From the human T2T-CHM13v2.0 reference genome, Homo sapiens: 64,000 nucleotides of DNA. The stretch is from the NCBI RefSeq assembly GCF_009914755.1, contig NC_060930.1; one strand, written 5' to 3'. The notes under the pieces were generated by a model. The model had not been told where the DNA came from. It ran no database searches and saw only the letters and a program-made list of their open reading frames with translations. The stretch's first letter is position 1. Every line of letters starts with the position of its first letter. This document shows positions 38,501-53,002 of the stretch, in pieces. The translations under genes and the position numbers were made by a program.

Positions 38501-41500
38501 CCTAGAGGCCTTCGTTGGAAACGGGATTTCTTCATCTAAACCTACAGAGAAGAATTCTCAGTAACTTCTTCGGATGTGTGCATTCGACGCACAGAATGGA
38601 ACATTCCCTTTGATAGAGCAGTTTTGAGACACCGTTTTTGTAGAATTCCCAAGTGGATATTTAGAGCACTTTGAAGTCTCTGCTAGAAAAGGAAACATCT
38701 TCATGTAAAAAGTAGATAGAATCGTTCTCAGAAAGTGCTTAGTGACGTGTGCGTTCAACTCACAGAGTTTAACGTTTCTTTTGATAGAGCGTTTCTGAAA
38801 CACCCTTCTTGTAGTAGCTGCAAGTGGATATTTGGACCTATTGGAGGCCTTCTTTGGAAATGGGATTTCTTCATGTAACTCTAGATTGAAGAGTTCTCAG
38901 AAACTCCTTTGTGATGTGTGCATTCAATTCAAAGAGTGAAACCTCCCTTTTCACAGAGCAGTTTTGAAACACTGTTTTTGTAGGATTTCCAAGGGGATAT
39001 TTATAGCGCATTGAGCCTACGGCGGAAAAAGAAACATCTTCCTATAAAAACTAGACAGAATACTTCTCAGAATCTGCTTTGCGATGTGTGCGTTCAACTC
39101 ACAGAGTAAAACTTTTCTTTTGATAGAGCAGTTTTGAAACACTCTTTTTGTAGTATTTGCATGTGTATATTTAGAGCGCATTGAAGCCCACAGTAGAAAA
39201 GGAAATAACTTCACCTAAAACCTAGACAGAAGCAATCTCAGAAACTACTTTGTGATGTGTACATTCAACTCACAGAGTGGAACTTTCCTCTTTATAGAGC
39301 AGTGTTGAAACACTCTTTTTGTAGAAACTGCAAGTGGATATTTGGACCTCTTTGAGGCCTTCGTTGGAAACGGGATTTCTTCCTATAACCCTAGACAGAA
39401 GAATTTTCAGAAACCTCATTGTGATGTGTGCGTTCATCTCACAGAGTGGAGTCTTCCGTTTGATAGAGAAGTTTTGAAACCCTGTTCTTGTAGGATTTCC
39501 AAGTGGATATTTAGACCACTTTGAAGCCTATGATAGAAAAGGAAACATCTTCATGGAAAACATAGATAGAATCATCCTCAGAAACAACTTTGTGATGTGT
39601 GCGTTGAACTCACCGTCTTTAACCTTTCTTTTGGTAGAGAAGTTTTGAAACACTCTCTTTGTAAAGTCTACAAGTGGATATTTTGAGCCCTTGGAGGCAT
39701 TCTTTGGAAAAGGGAATGTCTTCACATAAAAGGCAGACGGAAGTGTTCTCAGAAACTGCTTTGTGATGTCTGTGTTCAACTCACAGAGTTTAACATTTCC
39801 TTTGATAGAGCGGTTTAGTAACCCTCTCTTTGTAGAATTTGGAAGTGTATACTAAGAGCGCTTTGAGGCCTATGGTAGAAAAGGAAATATCTTTCCATAA
39901 AAGCTAGACAGAAGCAATCTCAGAAACTCCTTTGCGATGTCTGCATTCAACTCACCGAGTGGAACATTCCTCTTGAGAGAGCAGTTTGGAAACACTCTTT
40001 CTGTAGAATCAGCTTGTTTGTATTTGGACCTCCTTGAGGCCTTCGTTGGAAACGGGTTTTCATCTTATAAACCCAGACAGAAGAATTCTCAGAGTCTTCT
40101 TTGTGATGTGTGCTTTCAACTCACCGAGATAAAGATTTCTCTTGATAGAGCAATTTGGAAACACTCTTTTTGTAGAATTTGCAAGGGTACATTGAGAGCG
40201 CTTTCAGGCCTATGGTAGAAAAGGGAATATCTTTCCATAAAAGGTAGACAGAAGCAATCTCAGAAACTACTTTGTGATGTGTGCATTCAACTCACCGAGT
40301 GCAACGTTCCTCTTGACCGAGCAGTTTGGAAACATTGTTTCTGTAGAATCTGCAAGTGGATATTTGGACCTCTTTGAGGCCTTCGTTGGAAACGGGATTT
40401 CTTCCTATAAACCCAGACAGAAGAATTCTCAGAGACTTCTTTGTGATGTGTGAATTCAACTCACAGTGTGGATCCTTCCTTTTGATAGAGCAGTTTTGAA
40501 ACCCTGTTTTTGTAGTATTTCCAAGCGGATATTCGGAACGCCTTGAAGCGTATGGTAGAAAAGGAAATATCTTCCCATAAAACCTAGACAGAACCAATCT
40601 CAGAAACGACTTTGTGATGTCTGCATTCAAGTCACAGAGTTGAACATTTCTCTTGATAGAGCAGTTTTGAAACCCTCTTTCTGAAGGATCTGCAAGTGGA
40701 TATTTGGAACTCCTTTGGGTCTTCGTTGGAAACGGGATTTCTTCGTATAAATCTAGACAGAAGAATTCTCCGAAACTTCTTTGGTTGTGTGCATTCAAGT
40801 CACAGAGTGGAACCTTCCTTTGGATAGAGCAGTTTGAAACGCCGTGGTTGTAGTATTTCCAAGCGGATATTAGAGCGCCTTGAGGCCTATGGTAGAAAAG
40901 GAAATATCTTCCCATAAAACCTAGACGGAAGCAATCTCAGAAACTACTGTGTGATGGCTGCATTCCACACACACGGTGGAACATTTCTCTTGATAGAGCA
41001 GTTTTGAAACACTCTTTCTGTAGAATCTGCAAGTGGATAATTGGACCGCCTTGAGGCCTTCGTTGGAAACGGGATTTCTTCATGTTACTCTAGATAGAAG
41101 AATTCTCAAACACTGCTATGTGATGTTTGCATTCAAGTCACAGAGTGCAACATTCCTCTTGGTAGAGCAGTTGGGAAACACTCCTTTTGTAGAATCTGCA
41201 ATGGGATATTTGGACTTCTTTGAGGCCTTCGTTGGAAACGGGATTTCTTCGTATGAATCTAGACAGAAGAATTCTCAGAAACTTCCTTGTGATGTGTGCA
41301 TTCAACTCAGCGAGTGGCACCTTCCTTTGGATACAGCAGTTTTGAAACACTGTTTTTGTAGTATTTCCAAGCGGATATTTAGAGCGCCTTGAAGCCTATG
41401 CTAGAAATGGAAATATCTCCCCATAAAACCAAGACAGAAGCAATCTCAGAAACTAATGTGTGATGGCTGCATTCCACACACACGGTGGACCATTTCTCTT

Positions 41501-44500
41501 GATAGAGCAGTTTTGAAACACTCTTTCTGTAGAATCTGCAAGTGGATAATTGGACCTCCTAGAGGCCTTCGTTGGAAACGGGATTTCTTCATCTAAACCT
41601 ACAGAGAAGAATTCTCAGTAACTTCTTCGGATGTGTGCATTCGACGCACAGAATGGAACATTCCCTTTGATAGAGCAGTTTTGAGACACCGTTTTTGTAG
41701 AATTCCCAAGTGGATATTTAGAGCACTTTGAAGTCTCTGCTAGAAAAGGAAACATCTTCATGTAAAAAGTAGATAGAATCGTTCTCAGAAAGTGCTTAGT
41801 GACGTGTGCGTTCAACTCACAGAGTTTAACGTTTCTTTTGATAGAGCGTTTCTGAAACACCCTTCTTGTAGTAGCTGCAAGTGGATATTTGGACCTATTG
41901 GAGGCCTTCTTTGGAAATGGGATTTCTTCATGTAACTCTAGATTGAAGAGTTCTCAGAAACTCCTTTGTGATGTGTGCATTCAATTCAAAGAGTGAAACC
42001 TCCCTTTTCACAGAGCAGTTTTGAAACACTGTTTTTGTAGGATTTCCAAGGGGATATTTATAGCGCATTGAGCCTACGGCGGAAAAAGAAACATCTTCCT
42101 ATAAAAACTAGACAGAATACTTCTCAGAATCTGCTTTGCGATGTGTGCGTTCAACTCACAGAGTAAAACTTTTCTTTTGATAGAGCAGTTTTGAAACACT
42201 CTTTTTGTAGTATTTGCATGTGTATATTTAGAGCGCATTGAAGCCCACAGTAGAAAAGGAAATAACTTCACCTAAAACCTAGACAGAAGCAATCTCAGAA
42301 ACTACTTTGTGATGTGTACATTCAACTCACAGAGTGGAACTTTCCTCTTTATAGAGCAGTGTTGAAACACTCTTTTTGTAGAAACTGCAAGTGGATATTT
42401 GGACCTCTTTGAGGCCTTCGTTGGAAACGGGATTTCTTCCTATAACCCTAGACAGAAGAATTTTCAGAAACCTCATTGTGATGTGTGCGTTCATCTCACA
42501 GAGTGGAGTCTTCCGTTTGATAGAGAAGTTTTGAAACCCTGTTCTTGTAGGATTTCCAAGTGGATATTTAGACCACTTTGAAGCCTATGATAGAAAAGGA
42601 AACATCTTCATGGAAAACATAGATAGAATCATCCTCAGAAACAACTTTGTGATGTGTGCGTTGAACTCACCGTCTTTAACCTTTCTTTTGGTAGAGAAGT
42701 TTTGAAACACTCTCTTTGTAAAGTCTACAAGTGGATATTTTGAGCCCTTGGAGGCATTCTTTGGAAAAGGGAATGTCTTCACATAAAAGGCAGACGGAAG
42801 TGTTCTCAGAAACTGCTTTGTGATGTCTGTGTTCAACTCACAGAGTTTAACATTTCCTTTGATAGAGCGGTTTAGTAACCCTCTCTTTGTAGAATTTGGA
42901 AGTGTATACTAAGAGCGCTTTGAGGCCTATGGTAGAAAAGGAAATATCTTTCCATAAAAGCTAGACAGAAGCAATCTCAGAAACTCCTTTGCGATGTCTG
43001 CATTCAACTCACCGAGTGGAACATTCCTCTTGAGAGAGCAGTTTGGAAACACTCTTTCTGTAGAATCAGCTTGTTTGTATTTGGACCTCCTTGAGGCCTT
43101 CGTTGGAAACGGGTTTTCATCTTATAAACCCAGACAGAAGAATTCTCAGAGTCTTCTTTGTGATGTGTGCTTTCAACTCACCGAGATAAAGATTTCTCTT
43201 GATAGAGCAATTTGGAAACACTCTTTTTGTAGAATTTGCAAGGGTACATTGAGAGCGCTTTCAGGCCTATGGTAGAAAAGGGAATATCTTTCCATAAAAG
43301 GTAGACAGAAGCAATCTCAGAAACTACTTTGTGATGTGTGCATTCAACTCACCGAGTGCAACGTTCCTCTTGACCGAGCAGTTTGGAAACATTGTTTCTG
43401 TAGAATCTGCAAGTGGATATTTGGACCTCTTTGAGGCCTTCGTTGGAAACGGGATTTCTTCCTATAAACCCAGACAGAAGAATTCTCAGAGACTTCTTTG
43501 TGATGTGTGAATTCAACTCACAGTGTGGATCCTTCCTTTTGATAGAGCAGTTTTGAAACCCTGTTTTTGTAGTATTTCCAAGCGGATATTCGGAACGCCT
43601 TGAAGCGTATGGTAGAAAAGGAAATATCTTCCCATAAAACCTAGACAGAACCAATCTCAGAAACGACTTTGTGATGTCTGCATTCAAGTCACAGAGTTGA
43701 ACATTTCTCTTGATAGAGCAGTTTTGAAACCCTCTTTCTGAAGGATCTGCAAGTGGATATTTGGAACTCCTTTGGGTCTTCGTTGGAAACGGGATTTCTT
43801 CGTATAAATCTAGACAGAAGAATTCTCCGAAACTTCTTTGGTTGTGTGCATTCAAGTCACAGAGTGGAACCTTCCTTTGGATAGAGCAGTTTGAAACGCC
43901 GTGGTTGTAGTATTTCCAAGCGGATATTAGAGCGCCTTGAGGCCTATGGTAGAAAAGGAAATATCTTCCCATAAAACCTAGACGGAAGCAATCTCAGAAA
44001 CTACTGTGTGATGGCTGCATTCCACACACACGGTGGAACATTTCTCTTGATAGAGCAGTTTTGAAACACTCTTTCTGTAGAATCTGCAAGTGGATAATTG
44101 GACCGCCTTGAGGCCTTCGTTGGAAACGGGATTTCTTCATGTTACTCTAGATAGAAGAATTCTCAAACACTGCTATGTGATGTTTGCATTCAAGTCACAG
44201 AGTGCAACATTCCTCTTGGTAGAGCAGTTGGGAAACACTCCTTTTGTAGAATCTGCAATGGGATATTTGGACTTCTTTGAGGCCTTCGTTGGAAACGGGA
44301 TTTCTTCGTATGAATCTAGACAGAAGAATTCTCAGAAACTTCCTTGTGATGTGTGCATTCAACTCAGCGAGTGGCACCTTCCTTTGGATACAGCAGTTTT
44401 GAAACACTGTTTTTGTAGTATTTCCAAGCGGATATTTAGAGCGCCTTGAAGCCTATGCTAGAAATGGAAATATCTCCCCATAAAACCAAGACAGAAGCAA

Positions 44501-44842
44501 TCTCAGAAACTAATGTGTGATGGCTGCATTCCACACACACGGTGGACCATTTCTCTTGATAGAGCAGTTTTGAAACACTCTTTCTGTAGAATCTGCAAGT
44601 GGATAATTGGACCTCCTAGAGGCCTTCGTTGGAAACGGGATTTCTTCATCTAAACCTACAGAGAAGAATTCTCAGTAACTTCTTCGGATGTGTGCATTCG
44701 ACGCACAGAATGGAACATTCCCTTTGATAGAGCAGTTTTGAGACACCGTTTTTGTAGAATTCCCAAGTGGATATTTAGAGCACTTTGAAGTCTCTGCTAG
44801 AAAAGGAAACATCTTCATGTAAAAAGTAGATAGAATCGTTCT
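26502..44842 (+). repeat. Six tandem 18-mer HORs (U10-U15; starts 26502, 29558, 32615, 35672, 38729, 41786)
   Basis: U10 is 3056 bp (1 bp deletion, cataaaggtag near 28012-28014); the others are 3057 bp by marker spacing. Confidence 0.97.
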
Positions 44843-47393
44843 CAGAAAGTGCTTAGTGACGTGTGCGTTCAACTCACAGAGTTTAACGTTTCTTTTGATA
44901 GAGCGTTTCTGAAACACCCTTCTTGTAGTAGCTGCAAGTGGATATTTGGACCTATTGGAGGCCTTCTTTGGAAATGGGATTTCTTCATGTAACTCTAGAT
45001 TGAAGAGTTCTCAGAAACTCCTTTGTGATGTGTGCATTCAATTCAAAGAGTGAAACCTCCCTTTTCACAGAGCAGTTTTGAAACACTGTTTTTGTAGGAT
45101 TTCCAAGGGGATATTTATAGCGCATTGAGCCTACGGCGGAAAAAGAAACATCTTCCTATAAAAACTAGACAGAATACTTCTCAGAATCTGCTTTGCGATG
45201 TGTGCGTTCAACTCACAGAGTAAAACTTTTCTTTTGATAGAGCAGTTTTGAAACACTCTTTTTGTAGTATTTGCATGTGTATATTTAGAGCGCATTGAAG
45301 CCCACAGTAGAAAAGGAAATAACTTCACCTAAAACCTAGACAGAAGCAATCTCAGAAACTACTTTGTGATGTGTACATTCAACTCACAGAGTGGAACTTT
45401 CCTCTTTATAGAGCAGTGTTGAAACACTCTTTTTGTAGAAACTGCAAGTGGATATTTGGACCTCTTTGAGGCCTTCGTTGGAAACGGGATTTCTTCCTAT
45501 AACCCTAGACAGAAGAATTTTCAGAAACCTCATTGTGATGTGTGCGTTCATCTCACAGAGTGGAGTCTTCCGTTTGATAGAGAAGTTTTGAAACCCTGTT
45601 CTTGTAGGATTTCCAAGTGGATATTTAGACCACTTTGAAGCCTATGATAGAAAAGGAAACATCTTCATGGAAAACATAGATAGAATCATCCTCAGAAACA
45701 ACTTTGTGATGTGTGCGTTGAACTCACCGTCTTTAACCTTTCTTTTGGTAGAGAAGTTTTGAAACACTCTCTTTGTAAAGTCTACAAGTGGATATTTTGA
45801 GCCCTTGGAGGCATTCTTTGGAAAAGGGAATGTCTTCACATAAAAGGCAGACGGAAGTGTTCTCAGAAACTGCTTTGTGATGTCTGTGTTCAACTCACAG
45901 AGTTTAACATTTCCTTTGATAGAGCGGTTTAGTAACCCTCTCTTTGTAGAATTTGGAAGTGTATACTAAGAGCGCTTTGAGGCCTATGGTAGAAAAGGAA
46001 ATATCTTTCCATAAAAGCTAGACAGAAGCAATCTCAGAAACTCCTTTGCGATGTCTGCATTCAACTCACCGAGTGGAACATTCCTCTTGAGAGAGCAGTT
46101 TGGAAACACTCTTTCTGTAGAATCAGCTTGTTTGTATTTGGACCTCCTTGAGGCCTTCGTTGGAAACGGGTTTTCATCTTATAAACCCAGACAGAAGAAT
46201 TCTCAGAGTCTTCTTTGTGATGTGTGCTTTCAACTCACCGAGATAAAGATTTCTCTTGATAGAGCAATTTGGAAACACTCTTTTTGTAGAATTTGCAAGG
46301 GTACATTGAGAGCGCTTTCAGGCCTATGGTAGAAAAGGGAATATCTTTCCATAAAAGGTAGACAGAAGCAATCTCAGAAACTACTTTGTGATGTGTGCAT
46401 TCAACTCACCGAGTGCAACGTTCCTCTTGACCGAGCAGTTTGGAAACATTGTTTCTGTAGAATCTGCAAGTGGATATTTGGACCTCTTTGAGGCCTTCGT
46501 TGGAAACGGGATTTCTTCCTATAAACCCAGACAGAAGAATTCTCAGAGACTTCTTTGTGATGTGTGAATTCAACTCACAGTGTGGATCCTTCCTTTTGAT
46601 AGAGCAGTTTTGAAACCCTGTTTTTGTAGTATTTCCAAGCGGATATTTGGAACGCCTTGAAGCGTATGGTAGAAAAGGAAATATCTTCCCATAAAACCTA
46701 GACAGAACCAATCTCAGAAACGACTTTGTGATGTCTGCATTCAAGTCACAGAGTTGAACATTTCTCTTGATAGAGCAGTTTTGAAACCCTCTTTCTGAAG
46801 GATCTGCAAGTGGATATTTGGAACTCCTTTGGGTCTTCGTTGGAAACGGGATTTCTTCGTATAAATCTAGACAGAAGAATTCTCAGAAACTTCCTTGTGA
46901 TGTGTGCATTCAACTCAGCGAGTGGCACCTTCCTTTGGATACAGCAGTTTTGAAACACTGTTTTTGTAGTATTTCCAAGCGGATATTTAGAGCGCCTTGA
47001 AGCCTATGCTAGAAATGGAAATATCTCCCCATAAAACCAAGACGGAAGCAATCTCAGAAACTAATGTGTGATGGCTGCATTCCACACACACGGTGGACCA
47101 TTTCTCTTGATAGAGCAGTTTTGAAACACTCTTTCTGTAGAATCTGCAAGTGGATAATTGGACCTCCGAGAGGCCTTCGTTGGAAACGGGATTTCTTCAT
47201 CTAAACCTACAGAGAAGTATTCTCAGTAACTTCTTCGGATGTGTGCATTCGACGCACAGAATGGAACATTCCCTTTGATAGAGCAGTTTTGAGACACCGT
47301 TTTTGTAGAATTCCCAAGTGGATATTTAGAGCACTTTGAAGTCTCTGCTAGAAAAGGAAACATCATCATGTAAAAAGTAGATAGAATCGTTCT
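44843..47393 (+). repeat. 15-mer structural variant HOR (U16, 2551 bp)
   Basis: Marker spacing 45131->47682 = 2551, with the same junction at ~46863-46885. Confidence 0.97.
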
Positions 47394-50300
47394 CAGAAAG
47401 TGCTTAGTGTCGTGTGCGTTCAACTCACAGAGTTTAACGTTTCTTTTGATAGAGCGTTTCTGAAACACCCTTCTTGTAGTAGCTGCAAGTGGATATTTGG
47501 ACCTATTGGAGGCCTTCTTTGGAAACGGGATTTCTTCATGTAACTCTAGATTGAAGAATTCTCAGAAACTCCTTTGTGATGTGTGCATTCAATTCAAAGA
47601 GTGAAACCTCTCTTTTCACAGAGCAGTTTTGAAACACTGTTTTTGTAGGATTTCCAAGGGGATATTTATAGCGCATTGAGCCTACGGCGGAAAAAGAAAC
47701 ATCTTCCTATAAAAACTAGACAGAATACTTCTCAGAATCTGCTTTGCGATGTGTGCGTTCAACTCACAGAGTAAAACTTTTCTTTTGATAGAGCAGTTTT
47801 GAAACACTCTTTTTGTAGTATTTGCATGTGTATATTTAGAGCGCATTGAAGCCCACAGTAGAAAAGGAAATAACTTCACCTAAAACCTAGACAGAAGCAA
47901 TCTCAGAAACTACTTTGTGATGTGTACATTCAACTCACAGAGTGGAACTTTCCTCTTTATAGAGCAGTGTTGAAACACTCTTTTTGTAGAAACTGCAAGT
48001 GGATATTTGGACCTCTTTGAGGCCTTCGTTGGAAACGGGATTTCTTCCTATAACCCTAGACAGAAGAATTTTCAGAAACCTCATTGTGATGTGTGCGTTC
48101 ATCTCACAGAGTGGAGTCTTCCGTTTGATAGAGAAGTTTTGAAACCCTGTTCTTGTAGGATTTCCAAGTGGATATTTAGACCACTTTGAAGCCTATGATA
48201 GAAAAGGAAACATCTTCATGGAAAACATAGATAGAATCATCCTCAGAAACAACTTTGTGATGTGTGCGTTGAACTCACCGTCTTTAACCTTTCTTTTGGT
48301 AGAGAAGTTTTGAAACACTCTCTTTGTAAAGTCTACAAGTGGATATTTTGAGCCCTTGGAGGCATTCTTTGGAAAAGGGAATGTCTTCACATAAAAGGCA
48401 GACGGAAGTGTTCTCAGAAACTGCTTTGTGATGTCTGTGTTCAACTCACAGAGTTTAACATTTCCTTTGATAGAGCGGTTTAGTAACCCTCTCTTTGTAG
48501 AATTTGGAAGTGTATACTAAGAGCGCTTTGAGGCCTATGGTAGAAAAGGAAATATCTTTCCATAAAAGCTAGACAGAAGCAATCTCAGAAACTCCTCTGT
48601 GATGTCTGCATTCAACTCACCGAGTGGAACATTCCTCTTGATAGAGCAGTTTGGAAACAGTCTTTCTGTAGAATCAGCTTGTTTGTATTTGGACCTCCTT
48701 GAGGCCTTCGTTGGAAACGGGTTTTCATCTTATAAACCCAGACAGAAGAATTCTCAGAGTCTTCTTTGTGATGTGTGCTTTCAACTCACCGAGATAAAGA
48801 TTTCTCTTGATAGAGCAATTTGGAAACACTCTTTTTGTAGAATTTGCAAGGGTACATTGAGAGCGCTTTCAGGCCTATGGTAGAAAAGGGAATATCTTTC
48901 CATAAAAGGTAGACAGAAGCAATCTCAGAAACTACTTTGTGATGTGTGCATTCAACTCACCGAGTGCAACGTTCCTCTTGACCGAGCAGTTTGGAAACAT
49001 TGTTTCTGTAGAATCTGCAAGTGGATATTTGGACCTCTTTGAGGCCTTCGTTGGAAACGGGATTTCTTCCTATAAACCCAGACAGAAGAATTCTCAGAGA
49101 CTTCTTTGTGATGTGTGAATTCAACTCACAGTGTGGATCCTTCCTTTTGATAGAGCAGTTTTGAAACCCTGTTTTTGTAGTATTTCCAAGCGGATATTCG
49201 GAACGCCTTGAAGCGTATGGTAGAAAAGGAAATATCTTCCCATAAAACCTAGACAGAACCAATCTCAGAAACGACTTTGTGATGTCTGCATTCAAGTCAC
49301 AGAGTTGAACATTTCTCTTGATAGAGCAGTTTTGAAACCCTCTTTCTGAAGGATCTGCAAGTGGATATTTGGAACTCCTTTGGGTCTTCGTTGGAAACGG
49401 GATTTCTTCGTATAAATCTAGACAGAAGAATTCTCCGAAACTTCTTTGGTTGTGTGCATTCAAGTCACAGAGTGGAACCTTCCTTTGGATAGAGCAGTTT
49501 GAAACGCCGTGGTTGTAGTATTTCCAAGCGGATATTAGAGCGCCTTGAGGCCTATGGTAGAAAAGGAAATATCTTCCCATAAAACCTAGACGGAAGCAAT
49601 CTCAGAAACTACTGTGTGATGGCTGCATTCCACACACACGGTGGAACATTTCTCTTGATAGAGCAGTTTTGAAACACTCTTTCTGTAGAATCTGCAAGTG
49701 GATAATTGGACCGCCTTGAGGCCTTCGTTGGAAACGGGATTTCTTCATGTTACTCTAGATAGAAGAATTCTCAAACACTGCTATGTGATGTTTGCATTCA
49801 AGTCACAGAGTGCAACATTCCTCTTGGTAGAGCAGTTGGGAAACACTCCTTTTGTAGAATCTGCAATGGGATATTTGGACTTCTTTGAGGCCTTCGTTGG
49901 AAACGGGATTTCTTCGTATGAATCTAGACAGAAGAATTCTCAGAAACTTCCTTGTGATGTGTGCATTCAACTCAGCGAGTGGCACCTTCCTTTGGATACA
50001 GCAGTTTTGAAACACTGTTTTTGTAGTATTTCCAAGCGGATATTTAGAGCGCCTTGAAGCCTATGCTAGAAATGGAAATATCTCCCCATAAAACCAAGAC
50101 AGAAGCAATCTCAGAAACTAATGTGTGATGGCTGCATTCCACACACACGGTGGACCATTTCTCTTGATAGAGCAGTTTTGAAACACTCTTTCTGTAGAAT
50201 CTGCAAGTGGATAATTGGACCTCCTAGAGGCCTTCGTTGGAAACGGGATTTCTTCATCTAAACCTACAGAGAAGAATTCTCAGTAACTTCTTCGGATGTG

Positions 50301-50450
50301 TGCATTCGACGCACAGAATGGAACATTCCCTTTGATAGAGCAGTTTTGAGACACCGTTTTTGTAGAATTCCCAAGTGGATATTTAGAGCACTTTGAAGTC
50401 TCTGCTAGAAAAGGAAACATCTTCATGTAAAAAGTAGATAGAATCGTTCT
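47394..50450 (+). repeat. 18-mer HOR (U17)
   Basis: Marker spacing 3057. Local variant ggaaacagtctttc near 48659-48660 (vs ggaaacactctttc). Confidence 0.96.
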
Positions 50451-53002
50451 CAGAAAGTGCTTAGTGTCGTGTGCGTTCAACTCACAGAGTTTAACGTTTC
50501 TTTTGATAGAGCGTTTCTGAAACACCCTTCTTGTAGTAGCTGCAAGTGGATATTTGGACCTATTGGAGGCCTTCTTTGGAAATGGGATTTCTTCATGTAA
50601 CTCTAGATTGAAGAGTTCTCAGAAACTCCTTTGTGATGTGTGCATTCAATTCAAAGAGTGAAACCTCCCTTTTCACAGAGCAGTTTTGAAACACTGTTTT
50701 TGTAGGATTTCCAAGGGGATATTTATAGCGCATTGAGCCTACGGCGGAAAAAGAAACATCTTCCTATAAAAACTAGACAGAATACTTCTCAGAATCTGCT
50801 TTGCGATGTGTGCGTTCAACTCACAGAGTAAAACTTTTCTTTTGATAGAGCAGTTTTGAAACACTCTTTTTGTAGTATTTGCATGTGTATATTTAGAGCG
50901 CATTGAAGCCCACAGTAGAAAAGGAAATAACTTCACCTAAAACCTAGACAGAAGCAATCTCAGAAACTACTTTGTGATGTGTACATTCAACTCACAGAGT
51001 GGAACTTTCCTCTTTATAGAGCAGTGTTGAAACACTCTTTTTGTAGAAACTGCAAGTGGATATTTGGACCTCTTTGAGGCCTTCGTTGGAAACGGGATTT
51101 CTTCCTATAACCCTAGACAGAAGAATTTTCAGAAACCTCATTGTGATGTGTGCGTTCATCTCACAGAGTGGAGTCTTCCGTTTGATAGAGAAGTTTTGAA
51201 ACCCTGTTCTTGTAGGATTTCCAAGTGGATATTTAGACCACTTTGAAGCCTATGATAGAAAAGGAAACATCTTCATGGAAAACATAGATAGAATCATCCT
51301 CAGAAACAACTTTGTGATGTGTGCGTTGAACTCACCGTCTTTAACCTTTCTTTTGGTAGAGAAGTTTTGAAACACTCTCTTTGTAAAGTCTACAAGTGGA
51401 TATTTTGAGCCCTTGGAGGCATTCTTTGGAAAAGGGAATGTCTTCACATAAAAGGCAGACGGAAGTGTTCTCAGAAACTGCTTTGTGATGTCTGTGTTCA
51501 ACTCACAGAGTTTAACATTTCCTTTGATAGAGCGGTTTAGTAACCCTCTCTTTGTAGAATTTGGAAGTGTATACTAAGAGCGCTTTGAGGCCTATGGTAG
51601 AAAAGGAAATATCTTTCCATAAAAGCTAGACAGAAGCAATCTCAGAAACTCCTTTGCGATGTCTGCATTCAACTCACCGAGTGGAACATTCCTCTTGAGA
51701 GAGCAGTTTGGAAACACTCTTTCTGTAGAATCAGCTTGTTTGTATTTGGACCTCCTTGAGGCCTTCGTTGGAAACGGGTTTTCATCTTATAAACCCAGAC
51801 AGAAGAATTCTCAGAGTCTTCTTTGTGATGTGTGCTTTCAACTCACCGAGATAAAGATTTCTCTTGATAGAGCAATTTGGAAACACTCTTTTTGTAGAAT
51901 TTGCAAGGGTACATTGAGAGCGCTTTCAGGCCTATGGTAGAAAAGGGAATATCTTTCCATAAAAGGTAGACAGAAGCAATCTCAGAAACTACTTTGTGAT
52001 GTGTGCATTCAACTCACCGAGTGCAACGTTCCTCTTGACCGAGCAGTTTGGAAACATTGTTTCTGTAGAATCTGCAAGTGGATATTTGGACCTCTTTGAG
52101 GCCTTCGTTGGAAACGGGATTTCTTCCTATAAACCCAGACAGAAGAATTCTCAGAGACTTCTTTGTGATGTGTGAATTCAACTCACAGTGTGGATCCTTC
52201 CTTTTGATAGAGCAGTTTTGAAACCCTGTTTTTGTAGTATTTCCAAGCGGATATTCGGAACGCCTTGAAGCGTATGGTAGAAAAGGAAATATCTTCCCAT
52301 AAAACCTAGACAGAACCAATCTCAGAAACGACTTTGTGATGTCTGCATTCAAGTCACAGAGTTGAACATTTCTCTTGATAGAGCAGTTTTGAAACCCTCT
52401 TTCTGAAGGATCTGCAAGTGGATATTTGGAACTCCTTTGGGTCTTCGTTGGAAAACGGGATTTCTTCGTATAAATCTAGACAGAAGAATTCTCAGAAACT
52501 TCCTTGTGATGTGTGCATTCAACTCAGCGAGTGGCACCTTCCTTTGGATACAGCAGTTTTGAAACACTGTTTTTGTAGTATTTCCAAGCGGATATTTAGA
52601 GCGCCTTGAAGCCTATGCTAGAAATGGAAATATCTCCCCATAAAACCAAGACGGAAGCAATCTCAGAAACTAATGTGTGATGGCTGCATTCCACACACAC
52701 GGTGGACCATTTCTCTTGATAGAGCAGTTTTGAAACACTCTTTCTGTAGAATCTGCAAGTGGATAATTGGACCTCCGAGAGGCCTTCGTTGGAAACGGGA
52801 TTTCTTCATCTAAACCTACAGAGAAGTATTCTCAGTAACTTCTTCGGATGTGTGCATTCGACGCACAGAATGGAACATTCCCTTTGATAGAGCAGTTTTG
52901 AGACACCGTTTTTGTAGAATTCCCAAGTGGATATTTAGAGCACTTTGAAGTCTCTGCTAGAAAAGGAAACATCATCATGTAAAAAGTAGATAGAATCGTT
53001 CT
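50451..53002 (+). repeat. 15-mer structural variant HOR (U18, 2552 bp; deletion plus a 1 bp insertion)
   Basis: Marker spacing 50739->53291 = 2552. Junction at ~52472-52494, and an extra A in the CENP-B box at 52443-52460. Confidence 0.97.
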
